DNA of 64,000 nucleotides from Lingula anatina. Taxonomy: Eukaryota; Animalia; Brachiopoda. The stretch spans positions 20,336,001 to 20,400,000 of the forward strand of contig CM120642.1 in the NCBI GenBank assembly GCA_051362555.1, given 5' to 3'. A program made the translations under genes and the position numbers. Below, in pieces: positions 40,001 to 48,940 of this stretch (its first letter is position 1; the number at the start of each line of letters is the position of its first letter). The notes under the pieces are model-generated. The model made no database searches, was not told where the DNA came from, and saw only the letters and a program-made list of their open reading frames with translations.

Positions 40001-40722
40001 GAATGTACCCTGTTTCAAACATAATCCCCAGTATGAGATTTAATTATAATTCCTTCTTTATCTAAGCCTTTACAGGAAAACGTTTTTACACATCACAGGT
40101 TTGTTTTTTCTCAGTACAATAATTCATTAACTCATGTATCCTTTAAGTGATAAATGCACATTGTTTTTCTTCAATCTAATTTAACAGCACTAAAAATACA
40201 GTTTTGTGATTGTGGTATCTGTCACAGGGTATGAACATTGTATAAATGGCAACTAGAATGGTTGGCAATGAAACATGCTGAAGACAAATCCACATTGGGG
40301 CTAAATTACACAAAATATTGCTGTGATTTTAAAGTTATAATTATAATTAATGTGAAATTACAAGAACATTGTTTGCAATAAATGATGTAGTGGCATTAAA
40401 AAGTGAGAGGTCAGATATTAGATTGTCAATGATATCTGCACAAGATAAGTTTTCTATTACTATAACAGTTATATAACAGTTTTGCAGCCTGAATAAAGGT
40501 TAATATGTGCACATATCCATCAAGCCTGAATATAATATTAAAAAAATAGAGAACTTGGAGCATGAAAAAGAGAGGTAACAAAATGTATATACTTTATATT
40601 GTAGCGAACACATGATCCCTTTTTGTTCCCCAATAACTTGATCCGCCAAGCGTCTAACCATTCTGGAGCCTTCCTGCAGTGTCACAGGCTCTTCCACAGC
40701 ATCTCTCTCAATGAACTGGAAG
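1497..40722 (+). CDS. Multi-exon Roco-family (LRR-ROC-COR) protein gene, partial at both ends, 31 exons in window
   Basis: Manually spliced exons: 1497-1677, 1952-2129, 2642-2826, 3234-3404, 3740-3791, 9116-9277, 11633-11748, 12652-12855, 19634-19775, 20313-20429, 20848-20935, 21242-21442, 21850-21965, 22370-22417, 22771-23354, 26280-26461, 27102-27208, 32789-32915, 33190-33381, 33556-33736, 34307-34478, 35289-35435, 35740-35829, 36394-36500, 36763-36850, 37119-37265, 37604-37768, 38233-38331, 39259-39353, 39534-39684, 40605-40722. All are GT-AG, phases chain without a stop, total 4713 nt. Contains ROC motifs [42 protein letters not shown] and COR motifs IPTVW, VVINPQWIADVM, LVPCLLP, YLPTGLFNR. 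Confidence 0.9.
2277..2490. mobile_element. MITE, PIF/Harbinger-like
   Basis: Imperfect TIR GACCCCATTCCCAGAGATT / AATCTATGGGAATGCGCCC flanked by TAA on both sides; a related fragment lies at about 33744-33975. Confidence 0.65.
2642..3791 (+). CDS. Roco gene exons 2642-2826, 3234-3404, 3740-3791 (N-terminal, SPRY-like region)
   Basis: Open, phase-consistent exons; include LEKGDVLTLKVAV. Confidence 0.72.
4330..4695. repeat. Diverged tandem duplication (about 190 bp) in the LINE 3' UTR
   Basis: Two copies of ...AATCAAAGATT...CACTCACTCATCCATCCATACATACTAC...GGCAACTATA. Confidence 0.8.
4711..8463 (-). CDS. LINE ORF2: APE endonuclease + reverse transcriptase + C-terminal Cys/His motif (1250 aa)
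   Basis: LNVRGL, LLQET, GGDFN, RLDY, TDH (APE); PGVDGL, LDFKKAFD, GVRQGCPLS, QYADD (RT); CINCHMKETIIHHFVEC. Confidence 0.95.
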   Translation of the reverse strand: MSFDFSILSLNVRGLNNFKKRKGVFRWLHKRPENVFLLQETYSSQKVEKLWRAQWGGKVWYNHGTGHSKGVMILFKNNIEYDIIDTVTDPDGRLLGVKIKIGTSTFLMCNIYAPNQINEQVEFYRFLYKELAKYESDYVIIGGDFNCTLSKLDKHGGLSTHIKDKVIHEIQTIMKKYHLNDTWRKFHGAERRYTWKNSESKISCRLDYWITSNELIENCFIEKAEILYAPYTDHDAISLFLKTKDVTVRGRGFWKHNNTLLGDERYINEMKVVINEAKNRYNYLEDRGLAFDMITMEIRQFSIKFSKQKSKQHRENERDIWKKINVLQAEIDNQFNKEKAKELEKLKTEYDLILEAKTEGAIMRSKVRWYEKGERNTNYFINLEKRNRVRNTITKLEINDTLTVTNDKDILQEQEKFYENLYTSQNTTFNERISNKFFNVQNIPQIPNNLKIACEGKLTINKCKNALKELTKKKNKTPGVDGLSAEFYMKFWEELGEEIADCLNFAFETGQLNISQRQGLITLIPKKDKDRHRLENWQPISLLSVSYKLAAKALAKRMEMTLPTIINKNQTGYVKKRYIGENIRLIWDLMYSTKRQNKEGMAIFLDFKKAFDCIEWEFIKKCLKIFNFGPDFIQWFDIMYANASSCITNNGYSSRFFSITRGVRQGCPLSVPLFVLAVEILACAIRADPSIRGITIDCHEHKLCQYADDTTLFLNDVGSAKNALKLISEFKQISGLELNLSKSEALWLGSNRFNDETPLGLVWPDRPIKALGINFSYDYESCRFLDFDSKVDQIEKLLNLWSSRDLTWIGKIQILKTLGLAKLVYANTVLETPNDIILRIDALFKKFLWNDKKPKLKQNTLIAPKSKGGLNLTHVPSHVRSLKASMVKRIMLADNDDPWVINILKYLRSVGGKLIFSCNYELKNINISDIPPFYVAMLDAWSDLIQTDPNNASDIKKQIIWNNRFILVNKKSIYLRHWSKAGVNYMQDIININGEFISLEEIINQHNFDIKLPNFLEYEKVPISWLRKLRENAETVDNTDSDEIVWTLASTKTIYDKLIERNVINLPTASLHLIKSGVSENDWQRVFLIPFESVKETQLQVMQYRIIHNVLYTNSTLFKMKIVTSPGCINCHMKETIIHHFVECVRARNFWIAFENWWNIPNNTIHFRKNEKTIMYGCLSSDQRVKALNFCIIVAKQFINKNSENPSVYDFELFLHFLSQKKKIEKYIAIKTGKEDRFNTKWKRIPTITC
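8781..8886 (-). pseudogene. C-terminal remnant of LINE ORF1
   Basis: Minus strand reads AWYFNGSVYGRPKDSTKRVKFDLHDDINLKIRNA* from the truncation point, followed by a spacer of about 320 nt before ORF2. The W..NG.(V/I) pattern resembles the C-termini of invertebrate LINE ORF1 proteins. Confidence 0.55.
9116..12855 (+). CDS. Roco gene exons 9116-9277, 11633-11748, 12652-12855
   Basis: Open, phase-consistent exons; YLQVILNGVCLNTYMIPNLEWYPTL resembles a SPRY C-terminal segment. Confidence 0.72.
9444..11473 (+). mobile_element. HINE-like family A, complete but internally deleted copy
   Basis: 5' hairpin ATGTACAGACACA-GA-TGTGTCTGTACAT, (GTCGCC)n microsatellite, 161-bp tandem units (9531, 9692, 9853, 10014), 3' subTIR GTCTGTACAT plus CAGC-TTT-GCTG stem-loop; inserted in a T run with no TSD. 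Confidence 0.85.
11900..11994. mobile_element. MITE, Harbinger-like with CTG TSD
   Basis: About 30-bp TIR GGCCCGGTTTCATCAAGGCTGGATAGCGCT / AGCGCTATGCAGCCTTGATGAAACCAGGCC, with CTG on both sides. Confidence 0.75.
16400..16545 (+). promoter_or_regulatory. Putative internal promoter of the SGNH element
   Basis: Three GGATT(C/G)A(G/A)TGCTGCA repeats followed by clustered CCAAT boxes (ATTGGCCAAT, CCAATCAG twice), about 230-350 bp upstream of the ATG. Confidence 0.4.
16766..17194 (+). CDS. SGNH/GDSL-like hydrolase, apparently internally deleted (142 aa)
   Basis: ATG in strong Kozak context (CACCATGG); block I VLVIGHSFVHRL, block V PDGVHLSDVG; no recognisable G..ND block III. Confidence 0.7.
   Translation: MAVLVIGHSFVHRLRSFLDQGRDVRAVKDFGFPNSVHCEELSRRFHDVFGVSHVVVNQVHHRLRPPHPSFNDQVDQLNILLADLPLRNPFISFWKNVGLRRVNRLHIKPDGVHLSDVGQYKLYRSLRGAIIRKASRLRVSLS
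17428..17990 (+). repeat. 157-bp higher-order tandem repeat (about 3.5 copies), each made of three hairpin sub-units
   Basis: TCATGCC recurs at 17441, 17598, 17755 and 17912; each unit contains GAGTGGCA three times. Confidence 0.9.
18565..18781 (+). mobile_element. Short HINE-like element, family C
   Basis: SubTIR CTCTGCCAAGG / CCTTGGCAGAG, 3' hairpin GCACTC-TCG-GAGTGC, CTAGTT end, T-rich insertion site. Confidence 0.75.
19634..22417 (+). CDS. Roco gene exons 19634-19775, 20313-20429, 20848-20935, 21242-21442, 21850-21965, 22370-22417
   Basis: Open, phase-consistent exons; LDCGDRVSVVVDMD resembles the SPRY GD.IG..LD motif. Confidence 0.72.
22771..23354 (+). CDS. Roco gene 584-nt exon, start of LRR region
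   Basis: CAG acceptor at 22770, AG|GTAAAT donor; ends ...MECKNLTVVDVSESLVETLPDF (LRR pattern). Confidence 0.85.
23430..26034. mobile_element. Non-autonomous DNA transposon, probably ISL2EU-like (PIF/Harbinger-related)
   Basis: Imperfect TIR TAACCCATT...CGTCAT with subterminal GC(G/A)GCCAT.CTGGAGGG, flanked by AT. Decayed convergent ORF starts: RYKEKFELTIGINPY and KLQLISVIDPY on +, THAP-like MMNYC..SVHRLLAVVTIQG..EEWL..TQLCS on -. Confidence 0.6.
26280..27208 (+). CDS. Roco gene LRR exons 26280-26461 and 27102-27208
   Basis: LKYLVSLSLDELLLDSLPRSFGQLKTLQYLSIKGIPW fits the LRR consensus. Confidence 0.85.
28113..28987. repeat. Near-perfect 290-bp tandem triplication inside a HINE
   Basis: ATATAAGTCT recurs at 28121, 28411 and 28701 with matching intervening sequence. 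Confidence 0.9.
29209..31094. mobile_element. Non-autonomous TIR DNA transposon with TA TSD (Tc1/mariner-type signature)
   Basis: 24-bp imperfect TIR CGGTAATATGCCAAACAATTCGAC / GTCGAAATGCTTGGCACATTACCG. Removing it plus one TA restores the TTTTATTATTAAAAATTG seen in other HINE copies. No transposase recognised. Confidence 0.8.
32789..33736 (+). CDS. Roco gene exons 32789-32915 (EF-hand loop), 33190-33381 (LRR), 33556-33736 (last LRR, PP hinge, P-loop)
   Basis: DYDNNDILNVKE; NLRELRLANQGINSVPQAIAKLKRLRVLELSNNPLL; LKSPPNEIV...[16 protein letters not shown]. Confidence 0.9.
34307..35829 (+). CDS. Roco gene ROC GTPase exons 34307-34478, 35289-35435, 35740-35829
   Basis: [66 protein letters not shown]. 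Confidence 0.93.
35881..36032. mobile_element. Small MITE
   Basis: Imperfect TIR GGGCTCCGTAACTTGAAAGCA / TGCTTTTGAGTTACAGAGTCC. Confidence 0.55.
36394..40722 (+). CDS. Roco gene COR-domain exons (36394-36500 through 40605-40722)
   Basis: MGEQIPTVWLKLE, AIQFLTYLGSVQYF, VVINPQWIADVM, LVPCLLP, FTYLPTGLFNRAQVRL, VQCPDC. The last exon ends in phase 1, so the gene continues beyond the window. Confidence 0.9.
38520..39170. repeat. AT-rich minisatellite, unit about 32-33 bp
   Basis: Repeated AAATAACGTTTTAGAAAAACATTTTTAAATGTTTTC, with internal quasi-palindrome AAAACATTT/AAATGTTTT. Confidence 0.85.
39821..40010. mobile_element. Small MITE
   Basis: Imperfect TIR GAGCACATTCAGAACAAGATGAT / ATCATCTTTTCTGAATGTACCC. 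Confidence 0.55.
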
Positions 40723-40832
40723 GTACAATGGCCATTAATAGCAAATATTTATATGGAAATGCTTGGGCCTTATTTTCTGTTTTAATTAAGCCATATGTTA
40801 TCCTTACATTTTATTGATTTATTATTTTTTTT

Positions 40833-43706
40833 ATTGTACCACCAGCGCTGGCGCTGGCGGTACACATGGATTTAGTATGTCCAAACTGTTCCTCTGGCTC
40901 CGCCGCCATATTACCTTTACCGCTTCTCCTCCTAGACGGTAAGGGCCTGCATATCCATTTCTTGGTTTTAGGTCACCTATAATCTCAACTCGCTCCATGT
41001 CTAGGTGTTGCACTCATTGCAATGCACCCTTGTCCAAAATTGGCAAAATTAAATGCTAATTATCTATACATAAGGAATTATGGGAAAAAATTCTATAGAT
41101 GGCTGACCGAAAGTCATATGTGGAGATTTCAAATATGCCCTTGGATTTGACCTTTGACCTTTATTTCAAGGTCAAACGGGCCAAAATTTTCAAAAAAATT
41201 ATTTGTCCTTATTTTTAGAAACTGCTCAGACCTAACCTATAATAGTATTGGCAGGTGTTACCCTTCAGGTTATCTTTCATCTCCGTGAGTTTGGGGTCAG
41301 TGGGTGCATTTTCACGGGAGTAGCGGCCATAATTGACTGAAACTGAAAATTGTCTCTAATTCAGGAACCGTTGGTGCAGAGACCTGTTCTTTTTATGTAC
41401 AGACACAGATGTGTCTGTACATATAGCCATCACCTGCGTCTGTCGTCGCCGTCGCCGTCGTCGCCGTGCACTTTTACCGATAACACGATAAGTGGAAAAC
41501 TGTTTTTCATTTCAGCTTGAAACTTACAGAATTGATAAATATTTATAATACGCAGGTCAAGTTCGAAAATCAGCATGATCGGGTCACTTGTAGGGAAGTT
41601 ATGCTGTTTTTTCACTTTTTTCAGCATATATGCAGCACCGATAACACGATAAGTGGAAAACCATTTTACTTTTTGGCTTGAAACTTACAAAACTGATGAA
41701 TATTCATAATACGCAGGTCAAGTTCAAAAATCAGCATGATTGGGCCATATTTGTGGAAGTTGTGCTATTTTTTTTCATTTTTTCAGCATAAATGCAACAC
41801 CGATAACACGATAAGTGAAAAACCGTTTTACCTTTTGGCTTGAAACTTACAGAACCGATGAATATTCATAATACACAGGTCAAGTTCGAAAATCAGCATG
41901 ATCGGGTCATTTTTAGGGAAGTTATGCTGTTTTTCACTTTTTTCACCATATATGCAACACTGATGACACGATAAGTGAAAAACCATTTCACCTTTTGGCT
42001 TGAAACTTACAGAACCGATGAATATTCATAATACGTAGGTCAAGTTTGAAAATCAGCATGATCGGGCCATATTTGTGGAAGTTATGCTGTTTTTTCACTA
42101 TTTCAGCATATGTGCAACACCGATAACACATTTCAAGGAAAATCGATTGGCCAATCGTCTTGAAATTCACAGGGGTGATCAGATTTACTTAAATAAAGAT
42201 GAGGTTCGAAAATAAGCTTGATCGGTTCAGTTTTGGTGAAATTGTGCCTTTTTTTGTATATAACTCTTTTTTTCCTCGGATTTAATTCTTAGGCATGTTA
42301 ACAATCTCATTTGTGAACTAATTAGTAATGTAAAGGTGTTCTTTTGACATTTTTTGCATCTTAACAATATTGTCAGTTGATTATATAAAAATGATGGTAA
42401 ACCTGTTATTGTGCATTGTGTAATAAAGTGTCAAAAATGGAAATAAACTCATATCTTTACAGTTTGTCAGATTCAATCATTCACTATGTTCAGAATCTCA
42501 GAATGGAACAAATTGGACATTTAAAATTGTTCTATTGATATTTTTCCTATGTCAGCAACTTTTTTAGTTGATCATTCAAAAACGACAGTAAATTGATTAT
42601 TTCGATATATGTAAAAAAAAGTGTTGAAAGTGGAAAGAAATTCATTTCAGTACAGTTATCTCTTGTGTACATTTTGGCATTTTGAAGTTGTGACTCTGAA
42701 CTTCCATGGCCCTGAAGACCTTTCCATATCAAATTTTCTGAATATCCATGATACTTTTATTTTATTATTAAAAATTGATGCTGTTAAGCATTATGTAATA
42801 TTGCATCAAAATTGAAGACAACCCCATTTTAGACAATGCCTCCATAGTGACCATTAAAGGAAAACCAAGTCACTTACTCTTCTCAAACTTACAGAAATGT
42901 AGCATAGCACTAAATTATAGTTTCAGTTGGAAAACCTGTTATATCGGTTAACTTTCTTGGAAATTATATAGTTTTTTGTTACAATTAAAATTTTCACATA
43001 TGGACATTTTCAAGGTGTGACTTAGTCTTTGAACTTCCATTGGCTTGAATACCATTGCTAGTCACATCTTTTGAATAGCTATGATACATTTACTTTATTA
43101 TTAAAAATTGATGGCCATTGTGCTGTTAAGCATTATGTTAAATTGCATAAAAGATGAAAAAAAAACTTTTTTGGACATCGCTGCTGGGATGACCATTAAG
43201 GAAAAACCATTTTACTTATGATATTCTAACTTACTGAAAAGTTTCATAGGACTGAAGTGTAGCTTGTGTTGGAAATCAGTGTGATTGTTTTCTGTTTTGG
43301 AAGCAATGCAGCTCTATAGAGTGCTATATGGGGCTACTGTTTATGGATGGTGGTAATTGTCCCTTGGGATAACCACTAGCTAAATTCAGAGCTATAAAAT
43401 TACTTGCCTAATTGATTTTCAAGTGCCCATAAAATAAGATTACATAAAACACACGTTGAGATTTCCCATTCAAGTCCTATAGGTTATAAGCTCTCTTAAC
43501 TGTGTCACATAATTAGGAATTGGTGATAATTATGCAGGTAAATGTTGTTCAATATTGCAAATAAGTTTACAAAAGAATAAAAAATTTGTGTAATGCCAAC
43601 ATTAATGCTATAGATGAATAACAGTGCCTTATTATCCTCAAACACATTGGGATTATTCATATCATGTTAATACAGCAAGATTAAAAGTTTGAATAGCAGC
43701 TTTATT

Positions 43707-43741
<35 letters not shown>

Positions 43742-46700
43742 TGTTTTCTTTTTAATTTTTTTCTAAACACTGGCATTTTCAACTCCCATCCACCTGAAGC
43801 TCTTCAGATTTTCTGTATTTCCACATAAGCAGTTGCATAGGTTTTTATGTCTTTAAACAATATGTAATATTATTTAATGCACTGTCAACATTTTTCAAAT
43901 ATTGGGATTTTCATTATGTGAATTTGAACTCTCATGGTCCAGAAACTGTAAACTTATTGCAGGGGTGGATTGAGGCCGTCTTCTGGGTCTTTCAGATGAC
44001 GGTCAGATTTTAAAATTTACATTGACTGGTATCAATTTTTATGTACAGACACAGATGTGTCTGTACATATAGCCATCACCTGCGTCTGTCGTCGCCGTCG
44101 CCGTCGTCGCCGTGCACTTTTACCGATAACACGATAAGTGGAAAACCGTTTTTTCTTTTGGTTTGAAACTTACAGAATTGATGAATATTCATAATACGCA
44201 GGTCAAGTTCGAAAATCAGCATGATCGGGCTATTTTTAGGGTAGTTATGCTGTTTTTTCACTTTTTTCAGCATATATGCAGCACCGATAACACGATAAGT
44301 GGAAAACCATTTTACCTTTTGGCTTGAAACTTACAGAACTGATGAATATTCATAATACGCAGATCAAGTTCGAAAATCAGCATGATCGGGCCATTTTTAG
44401 GGAAGTTATGCTGTTTTTTCACTTTTTTCAGCATATATGCAGCACCGATAACATGATAAGTGGAAAACCATTTTACCTTTTGGCTTGAAACTTGCAAAAC
44501 TGATAAATATTCATAATACGCAGGTCAAGTTCGAAAATCAGCATGATCGGGCCATTTTTAGGGAATTTATGCTGTTTTTTCACTTTTTTCAGCATATATG
44601 CAGCACCGATAACACGATAGATGGAAAACCATATTACTTTTTGGCTTGAAACTTATGAAACTGATGAATATTCATAATACGCAGGTCAAGTTTGAAAATC
44701 AGCATGATCGGGCCATTTTTAGGGAAGTTATGCTGTTTTTTCACTTTTTTTCAGCATTTATGCAGCAACGATAACATGATAAGTGGAAAACCATTTTACC
44801 TTTTGGCTTGAAACTTACAGAACTGATGAATATTAATAATACGCAGGTCAAGTTTGAAAATTGGCTTGATTGGACTTTTTTTACAAATTTAAAGTTATGC
44901 TGTTTTTTCCCATTATTCAGCATATATGCAACACTGATAACACATTTTAAGGAAAACCAATCAGCCTTTTGTCTTGAAACTCACAGGAGTGATCAGTCTG
45001 ACTAGTATACAGATCAAGTTTGAAAATAAGCTTGATCAGTTAAGTTTTGATGAAGTTATTAGCCCTTTTGTATATAAGTGGTTTTTCTTCAGATTTAATT
45101 CTTAGGCATGTTGACCGTCTCATTATGGAACTAATTAGATATGAAAAAGTGTTGTTTTGACATTTTCTGCTTCTTAACAATATTGTTAGTTGATTATATA
45201 AAAATGACGGTACACCTTTTATTGTGCATTGTGTAATAAAGTGTCAAAAATGGAAAGGAACTCATATCATTGCAGTTCGTCATATTCAATCATTCACTAT
45301 GTTCAGAATCTCAGAATGGAGCAAGTTGGACATTTATAATTGTTCTATTGATATTTTTGCTTTGACAGCATATTTTTTGATTGATCATATAAAAATGACA
45401 GTAAATTGATTATTTTGCTTTATGTAAAAAAGGTGTTGAAAATGGAAATAAACTCTTTCAACACAGTTTACTCTTGTTTACATTTTGGGATTTTCAAAGT
45501 ATGACTCTGAACTCTATGGGCTAGTCACATTTTCTGAATATCCATGATACTTTTGTTTTATCATTAAAAAATTTATGGTTATTATGCTGTTAAGCATTGT
45601 GTAATATTGCATCAAAATTGAACAAAACCCTATTCTGGGCACTGCCTCTGTAGTGGTGGTGAAAAGAAAACCATGTCACTTGCTCTTCTCACACTTACAG
45701 GAAAGAAACAGGACTGAAATACAGCTTCAGTTGAAAAATTGTCTCATTAGTTAATTGTTTGGAAGTAATACAGGTTTTTTGTGAAAATTTTTATCTTTCA
45801 TAGTTGCAATTTTCAATGTGACTTAGAGCTCCCTTGGGCATGAAGCCTAGTGGTAATCAAATTTTTTTCTTAATGCCCATGTTTTTAATAGTAGATATTT
45901 TAAAATTGGTGGTATTTAATTAGTTAATCATTATGTAATGTTGCATCAAAATTGACAAAAAACCTACTTTGTGCTCTGCCACCATTTTCAAAGTATGACT
46001 CTGACTCTGAAAGAGTAAAGTTTTACTTTCTATTTTTTTAACTATTCTTACAAGAATGATTCTTAGGATTGACATACAGCTCATATTAGAAAACCAGCTC
46101 TATTGGATTATCATTTTTATTAAATTTATGCATTATTTGTGAAATTTTCATTTTTCTCATTCTGGCACTTTCTAATTGAAAACTTGAACTCTGATGGGCC
46201 TGGAGCCTTATGCTTTTACTTTCATCAGTATTACCTGTTGTGCATAATTAAAATTTGATGTTGACTGTGCAGTTAAACATAATGTATTATTGCATCAGAA
46301 TTGGCAGTCTCCTGTTTTTGTGCATTATTGTTTTCTGCTTTTCTTAAGGTGCGACTTATGGGCCTGAAGACCTTTGATTGACAAATTTGTGTGGTCGGTC
46401 TGTAAATTCCCCTTGGGTATTCACTAGGCTAATTTCAGTGATATAAACTCATTTCATTAAGCACACTTGTTGATATATCCCTGTAAACTCCCAAAGGTTA
46501 AGCTCTCTGCTAGATAACATAGTGTCCATAATAAGAAAGCAGTGAATAGTAGCTTCATTGGAATTATATTTTTGTTGTTTTCTTTTTTTTTTTTTCTCCA
46601 ACACTGGCATTTTTAATATGTGATTTTTAACTCCCATCTACCTGAGGCTCTGCAAATTTTCAGTATTTCCACATAAGCAGCTGTATTGGTATTTATGTCT

Positions 46701-48940
46701 TTAAACACGCTGTAATATTATTTTATGCACTGTCATCATTTTTCATATATTGGGACTTTCATCATGTGAATTTTAACTCTCATGGTCCTGACACTGTAAT
46801 CTTATTGAAAGGGTGGATTGAGACCATCTTCTGGGTCTCCTGGAAGACAGTCAGATTTTAAAGTTTATATTAACGGGTTTCTGTTGGAAGACCATCAAAA
46901 TGGAGGATGGATCAACAAAGATACTTTGGAATACTGTCAGAAAATATCTCTGGATCTGCTCCTGTTATTGACCATGTTACCTGTTGTGCATGATTAAAAA
47001 TCAGTGTTGACTGACTGTGCTATTATAAGCATTCATTATTGCATCAAAATTGACAAAATAACCTATTTTGCATCTTTTTTTCTGTTTTTTGTCTGTACAT
47101 TTGACAGCTTTGCTGCCTTGTTTTCTGTTGGAAGACCATCAAAAGTGGAGGATGGATCAACAAAGATACTTTGGAATACTGTCAGAAAATATCTCTGGAT
47201 CTGCTCCTGTTATTGACCATGTTACCTGTTGTGCATGATTAAAATTCACTGTTGATTGACAGTGCTATTATAAGCATTATTTATTATTGCATCAAAATTG
47301 ACAAAATGACCCATTTTCTATAGGTTAAGCTCTCTTAACTGTGTCACATAATTAGGAATTGGTGATAATTATGCAGGTAAATGTTGTTTAATATTGTAAA
47401 TAAGTTTACAAAAGAAAAAAAATTGTGTAATGCCAACATTAATGCTATAGATGAATAACAGTGCCTTATTATCCTCAAACACATTGGGGTTATTCATATC
47501 ATGTTAATACAGCAAGATTAAAAGTTTGAATAGCAGCTTTATTGGAATTTTTTTTTTCTTTTTTGTGTGTGTTTTCTTTTTAATTTCTTTTTCTAAACAC
47601 TGGCATTTTCAACTCCCATCCACCTGAAGCTCTTCAGATTTTCTGTATTTCCACATAAACAGTTGCATAGGTTTTTATGTCTTTAAACAATATGTAATAT
47701 TATTTTATGCACTGTCAACATTTTTCAAATATTGGGATTTTCATTATGTGAATTTGAACTCTCATGGTCCAGAAACTGTGGATTGAGGCCGTCTTCTGAG
47801 TCTTTCAGATGACGGTCAGATTTTAAAGTTTACATTGACTGGTATCAATTTTTTTCTGTTGGAAGACCATCATAAGTGGAGGATGGATCAACAAAGATAC
47901 TTTGGAATACTGTCAGAAAATATCTCTGGATCTGCTCCTGTTATTGACCATGTTACCTGTTTTGCATGATTAAAAATCAGTTTTAACTGATTGTGTTATT
48001 ATAAGCATTATTTATAATTGCATCAAAATTGACAAAATGACCTATTTTGCATCTTTATTTTCTGTTTTGTTGTCTGTACATTTGACAGCTTTGCTGCCTT
48101 GTTTACATTTTGTAGAGCATGTCAAGCCCAACACTGGAAGTGGTCTCCGTTTTTTAATTTCCTTACGGTTTTCGAGTTCTGCTGTATCAAAAAGTACATT
48201 GTGTGGTGAAAGCAAAATGTGCAATACAGCAATGTGTAATAAATTTTGCACCTCTGGAAAATAAAATAAAAGCTTTTATCTCCAAAACTAGCAGAGATAC
48301 GCCCATAGTTACTATTGCACTTGAATAGGAAGTCATATACTGGCAATCTTAAAATGACCTTAAAATTGACCCTTGACCTACTTTTCACCATAAACTGAAC
48401 TTTGCAACTTTTTTAATGTTATAATTTCAATACTGGCAGAGATATGCCCATAGTTACTATTTAACTTGAATAGGAAGTCATATGCTGATTATCTAACTGT
48501 GACCTTGATATTGACCTTTGACCTACTTTTTATCATGAATTGAACTTTGCAAATTTCTTTCCCTTTTTAACTCCAAAACTGGCAGAGATATGTCCATAGT
48601 TACTATTGAAGTTGAATAGGAAGTCATATACTGGTAATCTTACTGTCACCTTGAATTTGACCTTTGACCTACTTTTTCATGATAAACTGCTCTTTACATC
48701 TCAAAAACTGTCAAAGATATGCACATAGTTTCTATTGAACTTGAATATAGGTAGTCATATGCTATCTGTGACCTTTAAATTGACCTTTGACCTAATTTTC
48801 ACCATGAATGAACTTTGCTAATTTTCCTCCCCTTTTAACTCCAAAACTGGCAGAAATAGGTGCATAGTTTCTATTGAAGTTGAATAGGAAGTCATATACT
48901 GGTAATCTTACTGTCACTTTGAAATTGACCTTTGACCTTT
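40833..48940 (+). mobile_element. HINE-like family B element (pieces 40833-41392 and 48104-48940) split by family A insertions
   Basis: 5' hairpin TGTACC-A-CCAGCG/CGCTGG-C-GGTACA after a T run; GACCTTTGACC motifs; five tandem units of about 130-146 bp at 48284-48940; 3' end not seen in the window. Confidence 0.65.
41395..48103 (+). mobile_element. HINE-like family A copy containing a second complete family A copy (44041-47122)
   Basis: Excising 44041-47122 restores GGTATCAATTTT|TTCTGTTGGAAGACC, as seen at 32340 and 47845. Confidence 0.85.
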
